DNA from: Octopus vulgaris
Taxonomy: Eukaryota
Direction of reading: 5' to 3'
Length of the DNA stretch: 64,000 bases
NCBI GenBank assembly: GCA_951406725.2
Contig: OX597814.1
Coordinates: 57,226,001 to 57,290,000 of the forward strand
Positions 26,261-40,597 of this stretch are shown here, piece after piece (the first letter of the stretch is position 1; the number at the start of each line of letters is the position of its first letter). The notes beneath the pieces are model-generated. The model was not told where the DNA came from. It did no database searches and was given only the letters and a program-made list of their open reading frames with translations. Made by a program: the position numbers and the translations under genes.

Positions 26261-26579
26261 ATGTTACGGGAAAAAGTGAAAATTGAAGAAATTGGAGGGG
26301 GAGAGGGAAGGGGAGCTAAAAAATTTCAAAATTCCGATTTTTGACTACTTTCAGGAATCTCCGTGTCCGAAAAGCTGGATTTTTGGCAAATAAAAAATTT
26401 TAAAAAGCAATAATTTGCGAGAAAACGGGTGGGGGACGGGGGGAAGTCTTTCCGAAAATAGTAGCTGAAAAACAGGAAAACAAACCTAAAAGCAGTAGAA
26501 ATGGACGAACGATTATGGTGGTGTCATGAAGTAAACGTTCTTCAGATACATTCGTTTATTCATACGAACGTAACAGATG

Positions 26580-26855
26580 AAATATGTCATAAATAACAGT
26601 GACAAACGAAATATACACCGCCGGAAGTTGTTGTTGACAAAGAACAGCAGTAATTTTATTCAGCTGAATACACGTCATTGATTAGTTGGAATTACCAAAA
26701 TACGACAACTTTAACACGAAATAACTTCGAAAATAGAAATTTTCTCAACAACGCTAAGATGTTCTATATGACACATTCTACCAGTATACGAAGGTTCAAA
26801 GTGTTTAGTTAAAGAAAATTAATTAATCGAGCTGCCCATGAAAAGGAAAAGATCC
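26580..26855 (+). mobile_element. Partial copy (right half) of the 4408-4866 MITE
   Basis: Direct homology to 4580-4866, ending GAAAAGATCC. Confidence 0.85.
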
Positions 26856-27975
26856 GACTAGTCTATTACATCGACCCCAGTGCTCAATGTCTAATAATCT
26901 TTTCAAATTTTGGCTCTGGGCCAACAGATTTTGAGATGGTGGTGAAGTTGTTTATGCTGACCACATTATTCAGCTGGTACTTATTTACTGACCCTGCAAG
27001 GATCAATGGCGAAGTCGACCGCAGCAATTAATGAACTCAGAACGTAAAGTCGGAGGAAATGCTGCTAAGCATTTTTCCCGACGCGGTAACGGTTCTGCTG
27101 GCTCACCGCCTTACAAAGTGTAAAACCATTTTTTATTATAAATGCAAAGCCAGAAACTTGGTGGGAGAGGTTAAGTCGATTACACTAGCACTAGTGCATG
27201 ACTGGTATTTATTTTATCGAGTAAATTGATAAATCTTAAATTTCAAAAACTATACCATTTGAACTAATGTAGATCACAAGCTATAACAGAAACATGTATG
27301 TAGATCACATACTACACCGGCACCACCACATGAAATAGAGGCCGTAGAAACATACAAAACACAAACATGCGTGACTCCTAGCACGGTGCTAATAATATAG
27401 AATAAATTTGTGAGCCGTGAGAAGAAAAATTCAAAGAAATTTCTAAATTTAATTTTTGTCGACTAGACTTACCTACTATAATGTTTTACTTGAGTGAAAT
27501 GTATAATCTTAGGAATTAAATATATTTGGAAAATATAACTAAAACTTCGACATAGAAACCATAGTTTCATTATCGCTAGCATTATCGTTCAATTTGTAAA
27601 CAGCCATAATTATAATTAAACTGACTTAAATTAAATTCATGAAAAAAATGAAAGGATGAAAAGAAAAGAAAAGAAAAATAAGCAACGCGTCATCTGGTAA
27701 AAATTAACCGCCCAGCTGTTTTCAATGCAGTACAATGGATGATTGAGTATATAGAGCAGAGGTGGGAATACTAACTGTAATCGATAGCCACACCCATCTA
27801 CTCGACTAAATCATTAAAAGTATACGTTCACATGACCTAAATCTAATCAGAGGAACTAGTGATAAATAAAAGAATATTTGCATGCGCAAAAAGGCAAGCA
27901 TACACGCGCACGCGCGTAGAGGATGTACATACGAAATAATACATATACATTTATATATATATATATAATACATAT

Positions 27976-28049
<74 letters not shown>

Positions 28050-28310
28050 CTTGTTTTCGTGTACATTCGCTGCTTTCTTCCAAGGAATCTAGTGCTCTCA
28101 GCTTAGCTTTTCCTTGGGGCTGGCCAGATTGGAACAATCTCGAGTATAATCAGCCGATATTGCAAATAAAATCTGGAACTCGACTGAGGATAGAAAACTC
28201 CGAATGACCCGTCCTTGTTTTCCTTGTATTGTCTGTCTGGATGTTTTGTTGTCCCTGTTTTGCATCACCAAACTATCTGGATGTTTTGCGTTCTTGTCCC
28301 ATTTTTGTAT

Positions 28311-28394
<84 letters not shown>

Positions 28395-28395
<1 letters not shown>

Positions 28396-30490
28396 AGAGT
28401 TTACAAAAAAAAAACAAAAGACGAAGACAGGTGGTTTACAAAACAAACAGATGTATTAGTATAACGCTCAGGAATAGAAAAAATCTTTTACGTTTCGAGC
28501 CTACGCTCTTCTACAGAAAGGGACACAGAAAAAAATAAGGAGAGAAAAAATGTGTGAAGTGGCTAACGATCTATCATGGCGACTGACTAAGACATAAAGG
28601 TCACACACGAGAGGGAAAGTAGGGGAGGTAACAAAGTAACGATGACCCCCAACACGAAGGTGCGTGTGTGTATAAGACAGTATGTATGTGCGTGTGAAAG
28701 AGGGCTGGTGGTCTGGACGTATGCGTGTATGTATGTGTAGGTGTTAAAATGTGGGGATGAGTGTGTGGGTGGTGTTGTGATGTGATGTGTAATGTTGTAT
28801 GGTGTGATGTTGTTGGGAGGTGGGGGAGGCGAGAGTGGGGAGGGTATAGTTGGGGTGGGTAGGCAGAGGGTGGGGTAGAGGTGGTGTATGTGGGAGAAGG
28901 TGTGGGGGATAGGATGGGAGGATGGGATGGGAGGGATGCGATATATATATGTATCTAGCGTCTGACCACTGCCCGACACCATGATAGATCGTTAGCTCCT
29001 ACACGCATTTTTCTCTCCTTGTTTTTTCTGTGTATCTTTCTGTCGAAGAGCGTAGGCTCGAAACGTAAAAGACTTGTTCTATTTCTATTCCTGAGCGCCA
29101 TACTAATACATTTGTTTGTTTTTACTCCACCTGCCTTCGTCTTTTGTTTATTTTCGTAAACCTTCCCGTTATATATATATATGCACACACATATATACCC
29201 ACACACATGCACACACACACACACATACGCACATACATGCACGCATGCACACGCGCACACCTACACGCATACACACACACACACGCACGTACACATACAT
29301 ACACACACGCATACATACACCCATACACATACATGCATCCTACACACACATACATACACACTCACACATACATACACACACACGCACTCACTCACACACC
29401 TGTATGTTCGCGCACACACATGCACATACACACACTTCCCCACACCCACACGTACATACATACACACTCATACACATACACACACACACACACACACGGA
29501 CATACATCTATGCACACACATATATACACACATACTCACATACATTCATCGGACACACTGCCACCCAGACATACACCCAGACACACTCACACATCCACAC
29601 ACACCCATACGTACGCGCACACTCGCAGGCGCGCGCACACACGCGCTTGCGCCGGTTCGCGCACGCATGCGCGCCGCATGCACCTCGCCCTTGGACCCGA
29701 CGAGACCTCCCGCCCGTTCCTGGGATGTCGCTTGTCGTTGGGTTTTCCCACGCCCGTCTCCGCGGGACCACTCTTCCATCTTCCCCTCCGCTGGAGTCTT
29801 TTTCCTAACCCCCCCCCTTTTTTTTTTTCGTTACACACACGCGCACACATATACACACATTGCTTAAACATATACATTACTCTTACACACATTCAATCTA
29901 CTCGCCACTAATACTACCACGACACTGGACACACACACACACTACTACTCAACACACGCTGGCACGCTACATACGCCCCACCCCTTCCCCTCCCTCCCTT
30001 CCTCCTTCCTCCCTTTTCTCACTACTGACCTTTGTCTGCTATGCTGCTGCTATGCTGACCACCGTCTCGCCCTACCTCACACGCCTACACACAGACGCAC
30101 ACACTAACACATACATATATTTTTTGTTTTTTTACCTCGCCTCACACACACACATACACACACGCACACGCACACACTCACACATACACACACATCTGTT
30201 GCGTTACCAACCTTGTCTCCACTCTTTTGCCTTTAAAAACCCACTTTGCTCTTGTTATCGTAAACATCCGCCTTTCACCATGTGCTACTCCTAACACCAG
30301 TCGTTTTTTTCTCTATCTCCGTTGCCCGCTCCGGGATCTTTCTTTCCTCTCTCTTCCTTCTTTATGTTTCCGACGAAGAGCTCCGCTCGAAACGTCATAC
30401 CTCCCTGCTTCCATTTCCTGAGCGCCTATTAATAATAATACTGTAATTGTTCCATTGTTGTTGTTTTTTTGTTTCCCGTTTGGATTAAAA
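28395..30490. mobile_element. Penelope-like termini in inverted arrangement with CA-rich low-complexity sequence
   Basis: 28395-28585 (-) and 28975-29170 (+) are homologous; a third hammerhead-like motif lies at 30370-30396. Confidence 0.55.
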
Positions 30491-30673
30491 TATATATATA
30501 TATATATATATATATAATAGAAAATACACATTAAGTATAGGACAATTACCAAAAAAATACGCATTAAGTACAGGATCTCACTAACAAATGAAAAATACGG
30601 TCCTGTACTTATCTCTGTGTGTCTACGTATTTTTCACTCGCTGGTGATATCCTGTACTTTGTGTATTTTTAAT

Positions 30674-31050
30674 TATTACCTCCGCCAAGGAAGGAGGTTA
30701 TGTTTTCATTGGAGTTGGTTTGTTTCTCTATCTGTGTGTAAAATAACTCAAAAAGTTGTGAACGGTATTTTGAGAAACTTGCAGGAAAAGTTGGTAATGA
30801 CACAAGGAACAGATGATAACATTTTGGTAGTGATCCTGGAATTTTTATGGATTCTTGAAGGATTTTCCATTTGTTATATCTACTTTACAGTATTACAATG
30901 TTAAATTCTTCGATTATCTCCCTTGAAAACACTTCATCGTTTCCACATAACCTATGGTGGTGTTGCTGATTCCAAAGTTTATTTTCGTTTCTCTATTAGT
31001 AATTTTACTCGCGTATCTATCTTAAAATGAACTGCTTGGCGGAGGTCTGT
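30674..31050 (+). mobile_element. Helentron-associated non-autonomous (DINE-1/HINE-like) element
   Basis: Sub-terminal inverted repeats ACCTCCGCCAAG and CTTGGCGGAGGT, a short 5' palindrome (GGAGGT) and a TGTT/TCTG-type tract; the 3' hairpin is replaced by a LINE fragment. Confidence 0.7.
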
Positions 31051-31325
31051 GGAAGATGACATGACAAGCCTTGACTATTGGGATCGACTCAAAAAGCTCA
31101 GGCTTTGCTCTCTCCGCCGCCACTGTGAACTCTATATCTTCTGTATGATGTGGAAAATATTCCATCAACATTGCCTATCCATAAAATTCGTCCGAGGATT
31201 GCCCTTCCCCTGTGCCATCCGTCCACTACAGAAATGTTCGTATCGTATCACAACACTATGATAGAACTATTTCACCTCAATTGGCCCGGCTCTCTTCAAC
31301 AAATTGCCAGACACACATAAAGAGG
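31051..31325 (+). mobile_element. LINE ORF2 C-terminal fragment
   Basis: LDYWDRLKKLRLCSLRRH...YI...WKI resembles the post-RT motif of CR1-group LINEs. Confidence 0.6.
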
Positions 31326-32146
31326 TTCATAAATGAGCATCTAACCTATTGCAGCTTCCTCCTCTACCACCTTATTCTAATGCACTGAAACTCTTATTTG
31401 ATGCGAATACTGAAAATGCTAATGAGTTTTTGGTAAAATATCTAAATTTATAATTCTGCAGTTAGCATTGCATCAACTACGGTGCAAAAATTATTACACT
31501 TGAATGAAAGAAACTTTATTGTTTAGAATTCAAAAAGAAGCACTTCGGTGGGAGATGATTGCTTAACAAGAAGCTAACTTCACATTGTTAAAGATTATAT
31601 TTTCAATACCGGATAAAAGCACCGCAAAATTTGAAATCCTTGCTTAATTTTATGCGCGCGCGCCCGTGTGTTTATTTCCCCATCACCGTTGACAACAGAG
31701 GTTAGTTTGCTCATAACCCCGTAACTTAGCAGTTCGGCAAAAGATACTGATGGAGTAAGTAAATGGCTTTAAAGAGAAAAAAAGATACTGGGATCGATTC
31801 GCTTGACTAAAATCCTTCAATGCGGTGTTCCAGCATGGCCGCAGTCTAATGACTGAAGCGAGTTTTTACTCGATTTGAATAATAGTTTTTTAGAATGTCC
31901 AGAAAATTCTGTATATAAATGGAAGTTAATTTTCGACCAGATCTCATTATTAGGATAATTTCATTGACACCTACTAAATGTTGTCTCATATAATTTTTTG
32001 TTACGCATGTGACAGGTAAATGAGAATTGTCCAACAAACTCACAAACAGTTTTTGAAATTTCATGATCAATGTAATTTCAACACTATGAGACTTTATATG
32101 CTGCTCTGGAGAAATTCAGAATTAACTGTTCATATTTTCAGGTGAT

Positions 32147-32545
32147 AAGGTGGCGAGCTGGCAGAAACGTTAGCTCGTATTTCGTCTGCCGTTACGTTCT
32201 GAGTTCAAATTCCACCGAGGTCGACTTTGCCTTTCAACCTATCGGGGTCGATTAAATAAGCACCAGTTACAAACTGGGGTCGATATAATCGACTTAATCC
32301 GTTTGTCTGTCCATGATTGTCCTCTCTGTGTTTAACCCCTGGTGGGTAGTAAAGAAATAGGTATTTTGTCTGCCGTTACGTTCTGAGTTCAAATTCCGCC
32401 GAAGTCAACTTTGCCTTTCATCCTTTCGGGGTCGATTAAATAAGTGCCAGTTAATCACTGGGGTTCGTTGTAATTGACTTAATTCGTTTGTCTGTCCTTG
32501 TTTGTCCCCTCTATGTTTAGCCTCCTGTGGGCAATAAAGAAATAA
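32147..32545 (+). mobile_element. tRNA-derived SINE, dimeric form
   Basis: Same consensus as 43126-43525. Confidence 0.8.
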
Positions 32546-33164
32546 ATATTTGCGTGTGAAGCATTTATGTTGACAAATAAAAAAAAATTTTTTAAGCAAA
32601 TGTGTTGATATAAATGAACGTCATAACGTTCATTTATAGGGTTATAACGTTCGTTTATAATCTTATAACGTCCGTTTATAACAATCGTTTATGTAACAAA
32701 GAGAAATATTTTCATTCTCCCCATGTCTTTAGTTGAAATTATTCTGCCACTCTTCTCGTGCTATAGTTAATCTTAATCAATTTAGTAGTGATCGGGTAAA
32801 TCACAACCGCAAAATAATTCAGGGGAAATAACTCCCCATAGTATAAATCACATTTATTGTTCATTACTTAATCAAATGTAGGTAAATTAATAAATGTTCA
32901 CAAATATATGTCACAACTTGGTCTACCAGCCGTTACTAAAAAATCAATAGTGTGCTGAAAATTAAATTATAGTTCTATTCTGTTCGTTATTAATGTTGGT
33001 ATTTAAAATTGAATATCAGCTTTTGTGTTTTTGATAATTTTTTTTTGTTTCTTTTTATAACCAGAATTGGATTTTATTGAATATTTTAAATGCTCGTATG
33101 ATTAAGAAGTTCGATTCACAACCACGTTGACGTAGGTTCAATCTCGCTGTGTTCCATTATAGAG

Positions 33165-33328
33165 AAGTATATTTCACTATAGTCTAGTTTATATTTCACT
33201 ATAGAAGTATATTTCACTATAGAAGTATATTTCACTATAGTCTAGTGTATATTTTACTATAGATGTATATTTCACTATAGTCTAGTGTATATTTCACTAT
33301 AGAAGTATATTTCACTATAGTCTAGTGT
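33165..33328 (+). repeat. Minisatellite of 18/22-bp units (TATATTTCACTATAG core) inside a decayed SINE
   Basis: About 8 units alternating ...AGAAG and ...AGTCTAGTG. Confidence 0.85.
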
Positions 33329-34353
33329 TAACCCAAGCCATTTGAGTGAAACTGAACGGGAATAACAGTTTTATTGGTTGAAGAAACGCTATTTATATGT
33401 TGCATGAAATAAAATTCTTATACTCAAATTATATAAGGGAACCTCTATATAATGTTTCAACCTGGTAAAAATAGCAGCCAGATCTCCCTCAAACTTCACG
33501 CTACCAACTTAGATAAGGAAAAGATACATTAGATTATATTAGTTCCACATAAACATAAAACTACGAATGATCACGGCTTGGATGGCTATTAAAAGAGGTC
33601 TGCTTTATCAAAGCCTCATAATTATTACCACATTGTAGTATAAAGAATACATAGAATATCAGAATTTTCCATTTTAGACGTCTACGATGCACATATTTTC
33701 AAATAAATCTATTACAATTATTTTGTATGCTTTTCTTGCATCCTAGTAAATTTTTCGTTATAGATCAGTGCGGGATAAGCGAATGCAATACTTAGTTGGT
33801 TACTCATGTAGTATACTTATGACTATTTAACTTTATTTCATAAGATTGTAGGTGAAGTATTTACATGTTAATAGCTTTTGTAGACACCAGCTTAACTTTA
33901 TCAGTAAATTTTGGAAGAACAGTGGACTAGGATAGGTTCAGACACACCAACTATACAGCTACTGCCGTGGTAGTCTAGTAGACATCTACAGTATAATGCA
34001 CTTCCACCCATATGACTTGTTGCTATGGAACACCTAATCGGTATTACATGATCTTCGTCTCTTCAGAGCTTTTCCATTCTTTATAACAGGTTTTGTTTTT
34101 CATCTTGCAAACTGTTCGAAGTGAAGCAACGTGGCCTAGTAGTTAGAATGTTGCAAGATCGTAGTTTTTTTGGATGGTGTTTTGTATTCTTGAACAAAAC
34201 ACTTCATTTTACATTGGTCCAGTCCACTCAGATGTAAATGAATTGTGACGGACTGGTGTCCCGATCAGGAGGAATATTGTAATCTCGGTCACCTGTACGC
34301 CATGGAAACGGGGTAAACGGTCCTATGACTCCTAGGACTCGAGACAGTACTTA

Positions 34354-34570
34354 CGAAGGGGTTGTGAAAAGTTCCTGACTTCAAGGGTATCGCGAAAGGT
34401 CTGGTTACAGGCCCAACCTTCTGAGTTCTTTTACAAGGCTTAGAAAAACTGAAGGACCACTGCAATAAGTGTGGGAATCTGAGAGGGGGATATGTTGAAT
34501 AAAATCATAATTAACTGATCCTCCTGTATCTTCTTTTACCCAAAGCCAGGAACTTTTCAGCATCCCCTCG
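34354..34570 (+). mobile_element. Mariner-derived miniature element
   Basis: TIRs CGAAGGGGTTGTGAAAAGTTCCTG and CAGGAACTTTTCAGCATCCCCTCG; TA on the left flank; interior encodes the mariner C-terminal motif (KL...KC...G.YVE*). Confidence 0.8.
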
Positions 34571-36092
34571 TGCTATAAAATGTACAATAGTCACCCTCAT
34601 TACGAAGCAAACTTGCTGTGTTTACCGGATTAGATGTCGTCCGTTCGATCAAGCATAAGATTTGTTGATTTACATTATTATCAGCAACAGATTTCTTATT
34701 ACACCATGTAACAAAATTTTTTTGTTTGTTCGTTTTGGTAAGTGTTACTTCCTATTTGCTTTTATCTGTATCTATAAAAGGCAGGATGTGTGTGTGCGCG
34801 CGTGTGTGTGTGTGTGTGTGTGAGGGAAAGAGAGAAGTTGTATGCTGGTGTGTGTGAGGGAGGGAGGAAGTGATTGACAGCGTCTAACAAAAAAGTAAAG
34901 AAAAAGTATGTGTAAGGGCGAGAGAGAGAGAATTTGACAGCGTCTAACAAAAAAAGGTAAAGACAAAGTGTGTGTGAGAGAGAAATAGATTGTGACAGCG
35001 TTCATCAAAAATAAAAATGTAAAATGTATTGTTGTTTACTTAAACACGAGATATAGTCTTCAAATTTAGGATGCTTTTGAAAGATACTATATTTTATAAC
35101 CAGATCATTTATACTTTCTCACACAACAATTAAAATATATTTATTTTAAATCATTTATTTTAAATCGTTCATGTTTCTCCCCCTCTCTCACTCACACACA
35201 TTACTTTGGGCGCGAAAGAGTTTTGTTTTTATTTTAAGCCGAGGAAATGTTTTGTTGAGAATCCATTTATTTAACAATAAAGAAACAAAGAGGTAGGTAA
35301 CAATTTGTCAGTGAATTACACAATATAAATGGGTACAATTTCCACACCCCACCCCGTTTTTCGGACCACAAAGAGGGTGTTGTAGCATATAAGGAGGCCA
35401 GGCTAGTTGATTCCACACAAAAAATCCGATTTGTTGTTTTCTTAGTGAAAATCGTGCGGATGTTAATCTACAAATTTACCAACATTTTTACCATTCATAT
35501 CTGTTTGAAATTCTCTGTACGTAATTTTGCTTTCTCAGTGGTCAAGGCAAATGATGACTTTGTGCTGTTGCTGTTTTACTTCCTATGTTATTTAAAGCAT
35601 TTTTCGATATGTGGCATTTCAACATTAGAAACGAATCCTGAACATGCTACTCAAGTTCGCTGAAACTTATCTCCTGCCATGAACTTTTGAACGCTAGATA
35701 ATTAGTGTTGGTTCATTCAATTAGAAAATAAAACCCAATGACGATGTAATTAGCAACTAGCACTTTTTGTCTCTTAGTTTTTGCTTACTTTTATGTTTAA
35801 AGTCTTTAATTGACTGTTATATTTCTTACGTAGAGTATCTGCATTCTTAATTTTTAAAATTTTATTATATATTTTAATTTTATTGCATTTTGCCTTATTT
35901 TTCAGCTGTTTGTTTCACGAAACAAGTTACTGTTGCTTGAAAACAACCGAGTAATGTTGTATATGTTTGAAAACAGTTTCTCATTGCTGATTTTTCGTTC
36001 ATCAGAACCGCAACTTCAGCTTCAATTGTGCCTTCATCTAATTACATTTCCCCATCTACCAGTTTCATTTTCTCCATCTCCTAATTTACATC

Positions 36093-39000
36093 ATGCCACC
36101 TAAGAAAAGAATCTGTCTTGGGCACCGAGTGGCTGCTGTGTTGGCACAGAGGGCTAGAAGGGTCAATGAGACCTCTGACGAAACTAATTTGCGACTGGCT
36201 CAGACCTCTTTACGTGCTTTGAGCAGGAGAGTCACTGAAAGTGGCGACGAAAGAGCTATGCTACTTCAAAGGAAGCGGTCGTATGACCGTTCGGTGCGTT
36301 TTCAAGAAACGAGCTTAGCTCGATCTGCTCGCAATTCAAAAAACTCTGCTGCCACTGCCAAAGTAAGAGCCTCCGAGACTGCTGAACAAAGGGCAATACG
36401 CAATTCACAGAATGCTGCTGCCACTGCCAAAGCAAGAGCCTCCGAGACTGCTGAACAACGGGTACTCCACAATTCACAAGATGCTGCTGCTACTGCCACT
36501 GCCAATGCAAGAGCCTCCGAGACTACGGAACAACGGGCAGTCCGAAATTCACAAAACGCTGCTGCCACTATTACTACGCGATCTGCTGAAACTCCTCTAT
36601 AGAGACGTGGTAGGCTACAGGGGAATAGTCCTCGGCGAGAGGCATTAAAAGCCCGAAAAGTTTCTATTGGCTCATGAAGGCTTTCAGCTACGAACCGACG
36701 ATAAGCTACTCCTCCCGTTCTGAAATCGAAATTGGGGGTATGTGCTCCACCTGCAAGCACTACAATGCTAAGAAGTGGTCAGCCGAACCACCTGAGATGT
36801 GCAGCTCAAATAGCAAAGTGCAGCTACAATCACTTGAAGACTCTCCCCAGCCTTTGAAGAACCTACTGGCAGGGTTTGCACCAAGGTCATCTGGATTTCT
36901 TCAATTTCTCAGGACATACAACTGCGCTTTTCAGATGACCTCCTTTGGGACTAAAGTTGTCCGAGAGGAAAGGTGGATGCCACCTTCTAAGGTCCAGGAG
37001 CAGGTTTACCACCTCATTGGGTCGCTCCAGCCCCCTAACAATAGTTCACTGGCGTTTTTGCAGCTTTATTTCATCTCGGACTACAATCAACAGGCCGCTG
37101 CACGAGTAGCCATTTTCCCAGCGCTTGGAAACAACGCAGAGGCTGAAACTTTCAACAGAGACATCTTACTTGGCCTACAAACAATGCTGCACGAGCACAA
37201 CAGCTATATCTTCAGCTTTAAATGCACGTTGGAGAACACACCCTGTCCCAACTTCAACGTTGTCATTGACGCTGACAAGAGGCCATCTGGGGGGGGGGGG
37301 GGCATGCTCACTGCTTCAATGCTCCCGCGCATAATGAAGTGGCAGTCGTTCTTCATGGGGACTAACACAACCCCAGAGATATAGTTATGTCATGCCGTGG
37401 CGGCAGCCTTCGTAGGATTAGCGAAACTCACCGCTCTTACGACAGCCTACAGTACCCCCTTTTGTTCACTCGCGGGGGGATGGTTATCATTTCAGCATTC
37501 AACATCGTCAACTCTGTGACATCGGCCAAAACAGTTTCGTCAAGGGTATATTATGCCTACAGATTTTTGTTGCGGGTTAACAGCTTCAATCACTTGCATC
37601 GGTCGCGAGACCTACTCCATCAGTTTGCAGTGGACATGGCTGCAAAGGTTGAATCCGAGCGTCTGTGTTTTATAAAAACACACCAGAAAGAGCTGCGCAG
37701 TGACAGCTACATTCATCTACGAGATGGGATCCAGAATGATGCTGATCCCCGAAGCCTGGGAAAGACATTCATCCTACCCTCCAGCTACACGGGGGGGTGG
37801 GGCAGGCACATGCACGAACGAACCGAGGATGCAATGACGTACGTCCGAAATTATGGTCGTCCAGACCTGTTTATTACATTCATGTGCAACCCAAAGTGGG
37901 TGGAAATAACCTGTGAACTTTACCCTGGGCAACAACCCGCCCATAGGCGTGACCTACTTGCTCGAGTGTTCCAGCTAAAGTTGGCCAAGTTGATGTCATT
38001 AATCAAAAAGGGGCAGATTTTTAAGCCAGTCATAAAGGGGAAACATTTTGGCCAGTCAAATGCGACACCGTGGAATGGCAGAAGAGAGGAAATCCACATG
38101 CTCACATTCTGATTTGGCTAGCGACGAAAATCAACTCTAACGACGTTGATGTAATCATCTCGGCTGAGATTCCTAACCCTGCCATCGACCATGAGTTATA
38201 TGATATCGTCAGCATGAACATGATTCATGGTCTGCTCGGGCTGGGTGTTGATGGCCAACATGCGTGCCTACAAGGGGGGGGGGGTCGTTTAGTAAGTGAT
38301 TCCCTAAGAAATTTGTTGATGAGACACGGACCAATGGAGACGGGTACCCCTTGTACAGACGGAGACGGCCTGAGAACGGTGGTTTCACCAGAAGAGTAAA
38401 GGAAAGTAAAGTCAACAATCGGTGGGTTGTCCCTTACTGCCCGCTTCTCTTCAAGATTTTTAACGCCCATATAAACGTTGAATTTTGCAGATCCGTTAAA
38501 GTGCATGTGTAAGTACATTAACAAAGGCTCTGATGCTGCTGTATTTGGCCTTCAAAGTGCTAGTGGAAGGGAGGAAGTTTCTGAGTACCTGTCGGGGCGG
38601 TACATCAGCAGCAATGAAGCTTTTTGGCGTATCTTCATTCGGCAATCGTGCATCTGACTGTTCATTTGGAGAATGGTCAGCGTGTATACTTTTCTGAGCA
38701 CAATTCTGCTCAATTGGCTGCCCGGCCAAAGGAAACAATCGTTACTGTTTTTTTTTTAAGTTGTGTCAAACTGATACATTTGCAAAGTATCTTATTTATC
38801 CGCAACTGCCATCCTACTTTGTGTGGGATAAAAACGTTTGGACACGAAGACAGTCAGGGGTAGACGTAGATGGGCATCCACGCATTAAGTTTTCGGATTG
38901 CCTCGGGAGGGGTATAACACGGTGCATCCAAGCCAGCAGGAGTGTTTTTACTTCCTTCGTGAAGTTGTGGGTTGTCCGATCAAGCTTCTGTCTGAGGACT

Positions 39001-40597
39001 TCCTTCTGATGGCAAAGCAACGGTGCCCTAATGCTGACATTGGCTACAATGACTTCATCTACAATAATGCGCTGATTGAAATCGAGGATACCCTGCTCAA
39101 AATGGGTGGGGCGGTGTTGAACACATTCGGTTCGCCGTCCTCATTGCGACAGGATGTTAACACACTCGCACCAAAGTTACTTCTGGAGTTGTCGTATGAC
39201 GCTGATGGCCTTGCTGAGTACCTGTGAGTAAATGAATCGAAATTGCTCCCTGATCAGAGGCTGACGTACGAAACTGTCGTCAGTTGAAAAAAAGGCGGGC
39301 GGCATTTTTTTCCTCGATGCTGCTAGAGGTACCGGCAAATCCTTTGTAACACAATTAATACTTGCTAAGATTCATCGCGAGAAACAAACTGCGCTAGCTG
39401 TTGCCTCCTCAGGAATCACTGCTACGTTATTGCTAGGAGATAGGTCGGCGCACTCGGCATTCAAGCTGTTTTTGGATATGGTGAGGGTCGAGGTTCCTAC
39501 TTGCAACATAGGCAAAAATTCAGAGGAAGCTGAAGTTCTTAGACAGTGCCGTCTCATTGTATGGGATGAATGCAGAGTGGCCAATAAGGGTGCCCTTGAG
39601 GCACTGGACCGGTTACTGAAAGATATCAGGGATTCTACAGCTTATAAGGGTGGTGTAACTCTATTACTTTCAGGTTTCCAGCAGACCCTTCTTGTCATCC
39701 CTAAAGGGAGCAGGGCTGATGAAGTGCGCGAATGCCTTAAATCATCCACACTAGGCCCCAGGTTAAGACCTTAAGCCTAAGCACAAACATGCGTGCGCAC
39801 TTGCTTGGTGATAGCACGTCTGCGGCATTTGCTGAATACATTTTAGCCCTTGGAGAAGAAAAAGTCCCTAGGAATGATAGGGGCGACATATCCATCTCTG
39901 AACTGTGCAACATCGTGAACAACCCTTCCGATCTTTTGGAAACAGTGTTCCCCAATCTGGAAAGTAATTATGCAGACATCAATTAGCTCAGTGAAAGAAC
40001 CATCCTGATCCCCCAAAACGTAGCAGTCAGTGCTAGCAATGGCCAGTTCATAAGCCGAATTCCGGGTGGAAAGCGCATCTACAAATCGATTGACCGGACC
40101 TCTGACCCCCAAGACATTGTCATTTAGCCTATCGAGTTTCTCAACTCATTGGGGCCAGCAGGACTTCCACCTCACATTCTTAGGCTAAGGGCTGGATGCC
40201 CAATTATGCTAATCAGAGACTTGCTTCCACCTAAACAGTGCAATGGGGCCGCTTAGTACTCAAGTCCCTGACGCCCAACTTGATTGAGACCACCAATGTT
40301 ACGGGGTGCGGGAGGGGTGAAACTGTTTTCATTTCAAGGATGCAGCTTTATCCCTCGGAGTCAGACATGCCGTTTACCTTCCGCATATCGTAGTCCCCGT
40401 TGAGACCATGCTTCGCCATGTCCATCGGCAAAGCCCAAGACCAAACACTATCGGTGGCAGGTATCCATTTGGGGGAGTCATGCTTTTCACATGGGCAACT
40501 TTATGTAGCCTGCTCCCGTGTGGGGAGCAGAAACACTCTTTTTGTGTATGCACCTCAGGGCAGAACACGCAAAGTTGTCTATTGCGAAGTTTTATAG
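36093..40597 (+). pseudogene. Helitron Rep/Pif1-helicase (RepHel) pseudogene
   Basis: N-terminal RASETAEQR repeats; YGRPDLFITF; HUH motif EWQKRGNPHAHIL; Walker A (GTGKS); LIVWDEC; FAMSIGKAQDQTL; multiple stops and frameshifts. Confidence 0.93.

Noticed and set aside
29116-29911. Long His/Thr-rich ORFs of 228-255 aa
   Set aside because: Open in all three plus frames because of CA-rich low complexity; no domain or splice structure.
32620-32682. Three 21-bp tandem units (ATAACGTTC.TTTATA)
   Set aside because: Short local tandem repeat with no supporting context for function.
33165-33328. Regularly spaced repeats resembling a CRISPR array
   Set aside because: No unique spacers, no cas genes, and the context is eukaryotic; this is a minisatellite.
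36093-36602. 169-aa Ala/Arg-rich repeat ORF as a captured host gene
   Set aside because: It is contiguous with the RepHel frame and typical of Helitron N-terminal repeats.
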